NCBI GenBank assembly: GCA_000165425.1
Contig: CT868385.1
Coordinates: 372,001-436,000, forward strand
Direction: 5' to 3'
Length of the DNA: 64,000 nucleotides
From: Paramecium tetraurelia
Lineage: Eukaryota
Numbering within the stretch: the first letter of the stretch is position 1; every line of letters begins with the position of its first letter. The translations under genes and the position numbers were made by a program. Under the pieces are notes generated by a model, which was not told the DNA's origin, did not search any database, and saw only the letters and a list, made by a program, of their open reading frames with translations. Shown in pieces: positions 51,252-62,728 of the stretch.

Positions 51252-52058
51252 TCAGAAAACAATAGCGGCTAAGACTAAACCGGCTGCTAAGATGGCTCCA
51301 TTCTTAGTGGCTGCTGGGGTTGTACTAGTTGTGGTGGTGGTGGTGGCTGGAGCTGGGGCTGGAGTTTTGGTGGTAGTTGAAGTGGTTGGGGCTGCGGTTG
51401 TGGTAGTGGCAGCGGCTTCAGCATAATGTAAACGGAAGTTCACTAAAATTAAATTATATTATACATCTCTCTGATTCCTCTGATGATTCTTCTGATTCTT
51501 CTTCAGATGATGATTAAGAGTATGATTCTTCTTCAGATTCCTCTTCAGATGATGATTAGGCGTCGGAGTACTCTTCTTCTGATTCTTCTTCTTCAGATGA
51601 TGATTAAGAGTATGATTCCTCTTCTGATTCCTCCTCTGATGATGATTAAGCATCTGATTCCTCTTCTGATTCTTCTGATTCTTCAGATGATGATTAAGCG
51701 TCTGATTCTTCTTCCTCTTCTGATTCTTCTTCTGATGATGATTAAGCTTCTGAGCTTTCCTCTGATGATTCCTCTGATTCCTCCTCTGATGAAGATTAGG
51801 CCAAAAGTTCTGAGCTTTCCTCTGATTCTTCTTCTGATGATGATTAAGCATCAGAACTAGAGGAATGATGTGGGCGGGGACGGCCATTCTTGGAACTTGT
51901 ACCAGCTAAAAAATAAATTTTCAGTTGAGTTAGGAGATATGAATTTGTGAATAGATATATAATATATAGGGGGTTTTGATAATATATATGAGTAGTTTAC
52001 CTTGAGCGCTAAAGGCGAGCATAGATATGAGCAATAAAGCAAGGAGTGTTTTGGACAT
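51252..52058 (-). CDS. Secreted/GPI-anchored Ser-Glu repeat protein with Thr-rich mucin-like stalk
   Basis: Signal peptide MSKTLLALLLISMLAFSAQA; 8 x QSSSEE(E) repeats; T/A/P stalk; GPI-type tail KNGAILAAGLVLAAIVF-TGA; introns of 95 and 22 nt. Confidence 0.88.
51466..51846 (-). repeat. Imperfect coding tandem repeat, 8 units of 42-54 nt (QSSSEEESEE..)
   Basis: Each unit starts TAA-TCW-TCA-TCW-GAR-GAR on the minus strand (tgatgattaag/tgatgattagg on the plus strand). Confidence 0.9.
51906..52000 (-). other. Unusually long (95 nt) spliceosomal intron
   Basis: gtaaac...tttttag with no internal AG. Read-through hits a TGA; splicing joins CAA G|CT GGT in frame. Confidence 0.8.
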
Positions 52059-54282
52059 CTTCGTTAACTTTTATTTTTATTTAAATAAAATTTCAAATCC
52101 GATTTTTGCTTTAAATTGCAATAATGCGTAATTATGATTTCTCAAATCTTTTTCATTTATTGGTAAATCTCTATCAGCATTAATTGTAAGTTTATTTCTG
52201 GATTTGGATAAGTTACGAATTTGTTCAAAGGTATCACTAAATCGATACTAAAAGTTGGGCTTGAAATCAATTTGTTTCTTTCAATTTTCTCAGGTATACT
52301 TGATAAGGAAATAAGCAATTACCTTAAAAAATATATGTTAATTAGATAAGCTAAAACTTGTATTAATGAACTAAAAATCAGCAGAAATTATTGCTCAAGG
52401 TATTTGGCTAATTGAGAGGAAAAGATTAATATTTTTTTTTAAAATAAGGTAGAAAACATATATATTTTATAAATTTGGATTATTCTAGACTACTTTCCTT
52501 TCATAACCTTAATGAGTGGCTGCTTGATTCTTAAATGTTATTGCTGGAGTAGAAAAATATATAATAATTGTTGTTATGTCATAATTGACTAATTTAAAGA
52601 AGCTATTGTTGTAATTAGTTTCTGGTTCTTTTCTGATTGTTGGATGCTCCATTGAAAGGTTGATTTTTCTCCTTACTATTCCCACTAAACTTTAGGAATG
52701 ATACTTTATTTTTTATTTACAGAATTCAAATAACCCTAAAAATAATTTACATTTTATAAATTGCCAGTATTTATTGACTCTAAGATATAAATTAAACTAG
52801 AATGTTCATGTATCTGAATGAACAATTAAATTAAAGAAGAATTTAACATTATTGTTTTGAATTTGTTTTTCAAGCCTACCTTCTAAAATATTAGATCATT
52901 TAAGTAATAAACAAATAAAATGCATTAAGGTGAAACTTCTAAAAATATTCTATATTTGAAATTGAAAAAGGGATTAATTGATTTTTTATAGTTTACCTAT
53001 TTAATAATACAGCAACAAAAAAATACAACTTATTAATTAATAGTGGTACCATTTCTTCTTTAATTCAATTAGCTAAAATGATAAAATTAATATATTCAAT
53101 TCCTATAAATTAAAACATAATCAGTTAAATTATTCATTTATTGTAGATAAGATTTGAAATTCACAAAAAATTTCAAAGTAGTGAACAAAATAAATTCATT
53201 AAAATTACAGAAAAAACTTTAAACTAATTTTAAATCACCTTTAGATAAATAATAAACCTTGACAAATACACATATTATTAATGTATAAAGAGAAAATCTT
53301 ATAGAATTGAACTATTGAATGAGAAAAATAAAGAAGAATTTAATCAATCATAAAAATTAATTAAAGTTTATAAGTTTGATATCTTTAATTATCAACCTTT
53401 ATAATTACCTTAGTTGTCTCCAATAACAAAAGAATAATTTTATTATATATTAGGAAAATGAATAAGCTATGACTAATATTTTAATTTCAGATGTTTGAAT
53501 TAAAAGATTAGTAGCAAAAACATATTAGTTGATGTTTGGAATAACTTTATTTAAGAAGTTAGACCAATCTTGGTTCAATTCGAAATAATTGCTTTAAATA
53601 ATATTTATTCGGAGTTTCCCAATATCTAAAAATTTGAATGCGGTAAAATCAAATTCAAAATTCAAACAATTAATACTATAATAAAAACAATTAGAAATTG
53701 AACTTATAAAATAATCAATATGAAAATACAATTTTGGATGGCTTGAATTATTAGCTACATATCCATTTATATTATACGACTTAAATTATATATTATAACA
53801 TCTTTATTTAAATTATATCCAACTATTTAAGATTTCATTTGTTACAAAAGGTAAAGAAACTAAACTTAATTCTAAATAATTGATATATTTTAAGATTGAA
53901 TAGCAAGGTTTCTGGACTATTTAAAAGGATAAATAATCATGTTTGACATTATTTATTAAGTTAGACCAAAATATTCTACAATTTCATAAAGTTTTTACTG
54001 CAAGACACTTCAATATAAAAGTTTACCTAATTATTTGAATAAATTTTTCATAATAAGGAAATACATAAATAAAAAGTATCTAAAGAATGTTATTCAAGAA
54101 TATTTATTGATAATTATTTAGAATGAAGAAAGAATAGGTGACAAAAACACCGATTTAATTTGTAGGTTTTAACATCTTAGATTATAATAATTCATGATTT
54201 TATGGAGATATGAAAATTCTACCATACATAGATTAACTATAAATACACAATTAAAAAGCATAAAAATAAATATTTATCTAAT

Positions 54283-56700
54283 TCACTAAACTATCTCTTA
54301 CTAGTCTAAGTAATTGATGAGAGATTGTCCATTTGCATTAATTTCTATAAAATGATTTGTTTGACCTGAAAAAGATATTTGTTCTATTCCTTGATTGTGA
54401 TTATGTTCAAAATAACTAAGTATTTTTTCAACATCAGGGATGTAATTAAAATCTAAAATTTATGCATATTTCTCTGAAATTTTGAGATTTATTTTTCGTA
54501 TTTTATTCCTCCATTCTATTTCACTATTTCGTTTGTCAATTTTGACTTAATTTTCAAATTCAATTAGTTTTATCTTATTCAAATATTACACCCATATTTC
54601 ATTAGAAAAATGATTACTTAATTATTGGATTAACGCTTATTCTTATTCACTCTATTCTATATTGGAGGTTTCTTGGATTTAACTGTAAGAGCTTTTCCAT
54701 TCGGTAATTTAACTGCTTTTATTGCTCATAGAATATTTCGATAAATCTCCATATTTAGTATTGGAAGGTTCTTCTGTAATTCTACTCTAGATATACTTAA
54801 ACTAATTTGGTTCTATGGTTTCCTAGGTTTATTCTTGTTTAATAAGTTTTTCTTCTTTTATTATTTATTTTATTATATTAGTAAGTGCATCAGCCTAAAT
54901 TGATTTTTCTGAATTAGGAGTATTTAAGAACTAATTTGCTGGCACGATAATGAAATCTTAATCTATAGTAATTTCTGGTTTGTTTGAAACATAGTTAATA
55001 ATTAATTTTCTAAGATTTTTTTTTATCGTTTCTTGCAAATAATTCAATCCAATTGGCAAGATAATGATTTAAACAGTCCATCTATTTATGATTTCTTAAA
55101 GGAATTTGGAGTCAGCTAAAATTATTAATAATATTATTACATTAAATATATTCCTAGAATAAAGAATAATTTTATCCAAATAATTAAGATGCCCTTTAAT
55201 AAATGGCTTGAGTATCTTTAACAATATTTTACAATAGAGCTGCATATGGCTGTCCAACTTTTAATTTTGAATGCCCTATCCAATGAATTGATAGTTCATG
55301 CATTGAAATATCTAACAAAGAGGATGACAAATGTCCTAACAAACAATTAATGGCATTAGATATTTATTAGAAATATTGATCCTTAAATATCTAATTCTTG
55401 GTTATGTTACTAAGTGAGCTTTATTGTTCTTAATCCAATATAAAAACTTGAAGTAATTAATATCGTTTTTCACTTAATAAAATATTAAATGACTATAAAA
55501 TGCTTTGTTCTATCGATTCACTATATTGAGTTTAATCATATTTTTCTTTCAAAATTACTTAAGTCCATATTCTTCCTGCTATGGTTAAGAAACTATATGA
55601 AGGAATAGAAGTTTTATAGAATTAATTAAATATTTGATCTATGTACTTAAACAACTCTTCAAAATAGATATTTAAACTCCAAATAGTTCCCATATAGGTT
55701 TTCCATAAGACGACATAGAAGTTCAAAATTTGAGCTTAAACCTTTCCTTTTTAAATAATTCTCAAAACATTTCTACTGAACAAACATCTTAAATATAACA
55801 TGTGCAAGATATTTGCTGCAAGAGTGAGTAGAGTGGGTGCATTACTTATGGTTGAGGGATCCCGAATAAAGTTATCAATAATGACCCATTTTATTTCCAT
55901 TAACAATTATGTATGTTAAAGGTTTTAAATTTGATACTGATCCAAACACTCTAAATAGTAAAATTAAAATTTCTCATTTAGGTTGAAATCTGCTTATATA
56001 TTACAATTCACATCTTCGCTGTTTTAAGCCATATATAATTGAAACCAACTTGTGGTGGCCTATTTTAATTGATCATCTGTCAAAATAGCGATTGGCAATA
56101 GGGGTTCAATCAATGAATTAACGATTAAGTCACTCAAATTTTATGTTAAATTCATCTCTCTATTCAAATGATTCATCATTAGTCTAAATATTTAGAGAGT
56201 AATACTTTGACTTTTAAAATGATTAGTATATCCATAGCCAGGACTCATCTTAATTTAATTCAATCTTTAGGAGCTACTCGCCAAATGCTGCTTAAAATCT
56301 TAGATCTGAGCCATATTCAATGAAACTTGAAATTTGGATCTTCCTTATAAATAATTAACTCAAGTAGTTCGCATAGATGTTACTACTCAATTCAACCATA
56401 AACTTTAGTTTCTTGTTCACTAATTTCAATTATAAAACTTCTGTAATGTTCAGGAAATTGAAAATGTATTGAATTAATTTCACAGAATATAAAGGCATAT
56501 CCTCAGCAATTAGACGACTTAAATTTTTGTATAATCAAATACTTTAAATTGCCTCTTTGATTCATTTAACTTTGTAAATTTCTGGAATTCTTGCTCTAAT
56601 ATTTATCCTTAAATTAGGAATGCTTATTAACATCCTAAAGAGATTCTTTTTGTCTTTAACTTCCTGGTTTTTACTTCTATTGGATGCTTTGATTTCCCAT
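54283..56700 (-). CDS. F-box protein fused to cullin N-terminal repeat-like domain
   Basis: MGNQS start; F-box MPLYSVKLIQYIFNFLNITEVLQLKLVNKKLKFMV; cullin-repeat-like [64 protein letters not shown]..EYI. Confidence 0.78.
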
Positions 56701-57546
56701 AATTATTAATATTCCATAATCAATTATGAAAAATAATTGTAAAATATCTCTATAATATCAATATGGAAAATACATTCCCTAAATATTCAGAACCAGATTC
56801 TTGCAGCTCAAGAGGTGTGTTTTACTTAATTCTTTCATTGAATATAGATTTTAAGATCCATATTGATTCAAATAATATAAATTTGTATGTATAATATAAA
56901 TCCAGTTGAATTTCTTTATTTAAACTTTTAAACTATTAGGAATTAATATTGATTTTTGTATTAGAATTATTAGAAATTAATATTTGAAACACTTGTTAGT
57001 TCATTTTAAATTACTATTTTTTATTTCTACTGAATGAAAATATTGATCTAATAACAAGAATGGAGATCAAAAGTAATAATATTTGTAATATACCTAATTT
57101 AAACCCTATTAGCATCTGTTAATTTTAGTATCAAGGATAGCTAAGTAATATCTAATGTGAAATCCAGAAAGGAAATTCATTATTTTAATTGTTAATCAAA
57201 ATTTCTTTAACAAGTAGAGAGTACAAATAAAATTCCTTATGCTATTACGAATATCATGGATAAATAGGAAATTTTAAATAATACAACGACTATATTTTAT
57301 TTATTAAATATTCAACCCCTATTATAAATCTAATATTCAGATTTAATTGGGTCAGAAAATCTAAAAATAAAGATTTTGTTTAACTTATATTAGTTCGGAC
57401 GAAAATAGATTTAAGTTTTGAAATTATTGTTTAGAATAATCAGAATATTAAACTCGAGAGATTAGATCTTTGCAAATTCAAAAACATTGTTATTGAAATT
57501 GCAAAGAGCAAATGACTAACTAAATTATATTTGAATCATTTGAAAT

Positions 57547-58773
57547 TCATAATATCACTACATTTGCTAATAGATAATCTAAAGTTTCTCTTTTTCTTAT
57601 GATATATGGTTTACTGTCTCTAACCAAAATTTCTGCAGGTCTTTCTCTTAAATTGTAATTGGAACTCATAGAAAACCCATAAGCTCCACCATTTTAAATA
57701 ACAAGAACATCATTAACTTCGACCTTTAGATTTCTATCAACACCTAGCAAATCTCCACTTTCGCAGATGTTTCCACAAACAGTAACGAGTCTTGATTCTA
57801 CCTATTTCTCTTCTGAGTTTATTATTTCATGATAGGACTCGTACAATGCTGGCCTAATCAGATGATGCATTCCTGAATCAGTTCCAACAAATGTTCTTGA
57901 TTTATTAGTGTTGATGGCTTAAACTGTGCACAATAAATAACCTGACTCAGCAATCAAATATCTTCCAGGCTCAATAAATAACATCGGTTTGACATTAATG
58001 AAATATTTATCATATAATTTTTTGATTTCTGAAAATAAGAGATTCAAATCACTAGTTTCTTCATAATCTTGGTATTTGACTCCAAAACCCCCTCCAATAT
58101 CTATGTATTTTAGATAAGGTAATTCTAATTCTTAGGTGGCAGCCTAAAATAATTTCTCTATTCCTAATAGATAAGAATCATGATCTTTCTTCATAATTTT
58201 GCTGCCCATGTGTTGATGCAATCCAATGATCTTGACACCCTACTTTTGAATTTCCGATAGCTATTCCTTCCACATGAGATTGATACCAAATTTACTATCA
58301 TTTCCTCCTGTGTTGACGTGATTATGGTGACCTATACCAACATCCAGATTTAATCGAATAATCACTTCAGCTTTGTGAGCAATTAATTTTTTTAATGTAT
58401 CAATCTCTCCAACATTTAGAATCACTCCTTTCTGGATTGCATAATCGATTTCCTCCTTTGTCATATAATTTGCTGTAAAGGTAATTTGATTATTTAGAAA
58501 TCCAGCTTATAATGCTACTTCTACTTCATTTGGCGATACAGCATCAATGCCATGCACTCCATTTGATTTCATTATTTTTAAGACGTTTGGGTTAGTGTTG
58601 GCTTTGCAAGCATACAACACCTTAGCCCCTTAATCAAATGAATTCTTTAGGGCTGTAGTTATAGTTTGACACTATCTTTTTATTATCTCTTCATCATAAA
58701 CGTATAAAGGAGATCCGAACTCCTAAACCAAAGATTTAGGTGTCAGATTTTAGATTGTAAAATTACTATCCAT
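57547..58773 (-). CDS. lysA: Diaminopimelate decarboxylase (PLP-dependent, fold type III), intronless, 408 aa
   Basis: [15 protein letters not shown] (PLP lysine); [65 protein letters not shown]. Confidence 0.93.
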
Positions 58774-58842
58774 TATAATTAATTATTGATAAATGTTAAG
58801 ATTTACCATAAAAATATGTGATAAGATGAATGATTAAATTTA

Positions 58843-61800
58843 TCAATATACTACGCATCTATCCCACCAACTTGGCAAGGCTGTTTTTGATTTGAAGTGA
58901 CGAATCTATAATGTTATTGATGATATCTTACACAGAATTTCCTTCCTTCATTCCAAATAATCATCACCATTCCGTAAGGTAAGGCACAAATACCATAATG
59001 TATAAATATGATGTCCCTTGTTCCAAAGACAGTATTGAATGCTTCTAGATATGCCAAACTCCAAGTCAATAAGAATTCGACAAAATAGGCTAAGATCATG
59101 AAGTAATTGTGGAATCCTAAGAATTATGGAATAAAAGAATACCTGTGAAGAAGCCAGCACTTTTCAGTTGTCTCAAGGCTTGATAGTTGCATATTTGACC
59201 GGCAACAACTGCAAAGAAGAATGAAGTTTATGCATAGCTTGAAGCTTCTGTATGATAACAATAAGGCTTCTTAGTGACTGGAGATACCAAATCAACATGA
59301 CAATCCCCAAATTCGATGTTAGTTACAATTTTACCATCTTCACATTTAAGATAAGCCATTCTGAGATCATATTTACCATGATTAGCATAAACCCAATCAA
59401 TATCTTCATATCCATCCAAATCTGTTCCAGTGCATGTGCCATCCTTGTAATTCTCCTTAAGATTGGAATTACCAAACCAGGGATCGTTTGGATCGTAGAT
59501 ATCATCCGCTTTAGGTAGTACTCCTTACTTATTTGAGATGAAATAGAGAGTAGTAGGAGTAAACCCAAAGTCATTAAGTGTCACATACCATTAGAAGAAT
59601 CCACAGAAGGTTTCCAATATACCATTTTAAGTATAGGCGAACCACAACAGTTGTCCACCCACTAAATGTTCATTCTTAGTTCTTGGCCTTCTTGTCATAA
59701 CATCCAGATCAGCATCTTCAAAGACAAACACCATGGATGGAAAGACATCAGTACCTACTTCTATGCACAAGACCAGCACAGTAGTTAATGGCAAAGGCAA
59801 TCTGAAAATGATAAATCCTAAAAATGGAACCAATTCGGCAATATTGGATGTCAAACAATAAACAATGCACTTTTTGAAGTTATCAAATATCTTTCTTCCT
59901 TCTTCAATACCAACAACAATACTAGAGAAATCATCATTCAATAAAATCATATCAGCAGCATCTTTAGCAACATCAGATCCTGTAATACCCATGGCAATTC
60001 CAATGTCTGCTTTCTTGATTGCAGGACTGTCATTGACACCATCTCCTGTAACTGCTACGATATGGCCTCTTCTTTGACAACCAGCGACAATAATTAATTT
60101 TTATGCAGGACTGGTTCTAGCAAACACTAATTGGGGTTTACTTAACCATTCTTAGAGTTATCTGCCTTTCTCATCTTCTGGTAATCCTTCATCATCAATT
60201 GCCATTTTAGTTAGTCTATCTCCATGAATTACCAATGCATTTGATTAATGAAATGCTTCTTCAAAGGAGATGTTCTTTTCTTCCATTATTTCATTTACTG
60301 TTTTCTCTGTGATGATATTGCATTGTCTAGCTATGGCAGCTGCTGTAACTGGCTAATCTCCAGTAACCATAATTACTTAAATACCAGCTGATTTACACTT
60401 CTAAACAGCATGTGGCACATTATCTTTAGGTGGATCAATCAAAGAAATCAATCCAACAAACACTTACTTACTAAATGGGAAATTCATTTTATCTAAGTTG
60501 AAATGATATCCTAATGGGAATTATTCTTTAGGTAAGTGAAGTCTAGCAAAGCCCAACACTCTTTCACCCTATTTACCAAATTGGGCATTCACTTAATCAA
60601 AACCTTTCTCCCATTTGTCATCCTTCACCTCAACTTTTCCATTATTATATACTGTATCACATAATCCCCAAATCCTTTCAGGAGCTCCTTTTGTTAACAA
60701 ACAGTAATGTGAATTCTCGGTTTCATATTCGACTATTATAAAAGCATATTTATTGGTTGAGTTAAAAGGCTTTCTTGCTTATTTCATATTATGATCTCTA
60801 GCCACATTCCTTGAATTTCTAGTTTGGAGAATATCCTTAATAGGCTGGAAGAATTTAATGAGAGCTGTTTCAGAGGCATCTCCTACTGTTGGCTTTTCTT
60901 AACACGGCAATTTGTCATATGCTGCTTTCCATTTTGCCTTAGCTTCTTCCATTTTAACATCCTTTTATTCTTAGGTTAATCCAATCAAATTTTGTATTTT
61001 AATTTGCTATTCCTATGGTAAACTGCTATCAAAGACGGCCTCAGAACAGATGATAGCTGTTTCATGAAGCAGCTAAAATCCAGGGTCTTTGAGATCATAT
61101 TCGTATTTAAAATCTGGACCCATTTTCTCTCTACTATGTCCTCTCAACTTCTTACCATTGTACCATATATTCTCAACAGTCATCTTGTTCTAAGTTAATG
61201 TGCCTGTTTTATCGGAACAAACACAAGATGTAGAACCCAAAGTTTCGACACCTTCTAAATTTTTTACCAAGACCTTCAATCCTGCCAACTTCTTTGCTGT
61301 TAATGTCAAGGCAACGACAACGGTGGCCAAAAGACCCTCTGGAACATTTGCAACTATGATACCGATAGCAAATATGAGATTAGTAACGGCAGCTAAAAAG
61401 ATTTAAAAATTAGAATACGATATCCGACTGCAAATCCAAGCACAAAGAATACTACTCCTATAGAAATGGCGATGTATGCAATATAGGTAATAAAGGCATT
61501 CAACTCTTTTTTTAATGGAGTCTCATCACTTTCAGAGCTTTCTACCAATCCTGCAATTTATCCGATAACTGTCTTATCCCCTGTAAATAATACAATCCCT
61601 TTACCGTTACCCTTAAATAGTAATTAGAAGTACTTCTTTGCATAATGTTCCAAAGAAAGCTAAATTTTTAGTTTCCAATGGATTCTGTGGATGAGAGCAT
61701 TCAGGTGTTCTTAAGAGTAACATAGATTCTCCAGTTAAACTAGAATTGTCGACCTTCATTTCGTTGCTCTCAATTACTCTGATATCAGCAGGAATACGTT

Positions 61801-62541
61801 TTCCAAATTCAACCACGACAACATCTCCCGGCACTAATTCTGTTGCTTAGAGCTTTTGTTATTCGCCATCTCGGATTACTAAAGTTTCTGGAGGTATGAA
61901 ATTCTTGAAGGCTTCCATAATGGCTTCTGACTTCTGATTCTAGAAGAAAGTGATTACTGCGGTAACAACAACAACTACAATTAAAACTATTCCTAAGTAA
62001 AGCTAACTTAAATAATTGTTTGTACATTTGAAGGGTCATCTGGTGAAAGACCATAAGCGATGAAGCACAGTAAGGCACCAGCCCAAATTAACAAAGCAAA
62101 TACATTTGTTAATTCATGAAGTAATTTCATATACCATGGAGTTTTTTCTCTTGAGGAGAGAACATTCTTTCCATGCAGTTGCAATTTTGCATCAATCTGG
62201 CTCTTGCTCAACCCATTTTTGACTGATGTTTCCAACCTTTTTTCTAACTCTGTTAACGGAATGGAATGCTCATCCTTAAATAAATCAAATTAAAAGTATA
62301 CCATATTCTTAAACTTCTCTGCTTTCGATGCATCAGTCTTCTCTGGCACTTTCTTTTTCCCTTTTTCAAATTGCTACATCAACTTCTTTCTCCTTAACAT
62401 GATCTCCTTTGTCATATCATCGAATTCTCTTTAAGCTTCCAACAGTTGCATTTCCTAACTACACCATCAAATAATCATTTACTATTGTTCCGTGAATGCC
62501 GTTATGATGGAGGAGGCACTCCTATTTGAAGCTTTTGCCAT
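58843..62541 (-). CDS. P-type IIC (Na+/K+- or H+/K+-like) ATPase alpha subunit, paralog B
   Basis: [71 protein letters not shown]; ends [11 protein letters not shown]. Shares 5' intron positions with paralog A. Confidence 0.96.
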
Positions 62542-62728
62542 ATTTTTAATAAAATTTGAACTTAAACACGATTCGCCTTAAATAAATCGAAATCTATTTT
62601 TAGAATACTAAGATTCTCCCAAGAATATGGATAATTAATAATTAAAATTGTTCGTATTATCATTTAATATGAAAAAGAGAAGCAGTTTATCATAAAAATA
62701 ATATTTTATTTCTTAACATCATTCTACC

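Noticed and set aside
51459..51887. Repeat array resembling CRISPR, and ORF-track proteins MILLILLQMM.. and ..NHHQKKNQ..
   Set aside because: No constant repeat with unique spacers. These are antisense and off-frame readings of the QSSSEE coding repeat.
51906..52000. Canonical C/D snoRNA inside the long intron
   Set aside because: Only a D-box-like CTGA is visible, with no RUGAUGA C-box or clear terminal stem, so it is not called as an ncRNA.
57547..58773. Bacterial contamination or endosymbiont insert
   Set aside because: The gene uses in-frame TAA/TAG as Gln, matches host AT content and sits 69 bp from a host intron-containing gene.
2603..62541. Similar sequences in inverted orientation near both window ends (possible giant inverted repeat or transposon ends)
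   Set aside because: They are two diverged, intact P2C ATPase paralogs. Similarity is limited to coding motifs, with no transposase or terminal repeat structure.
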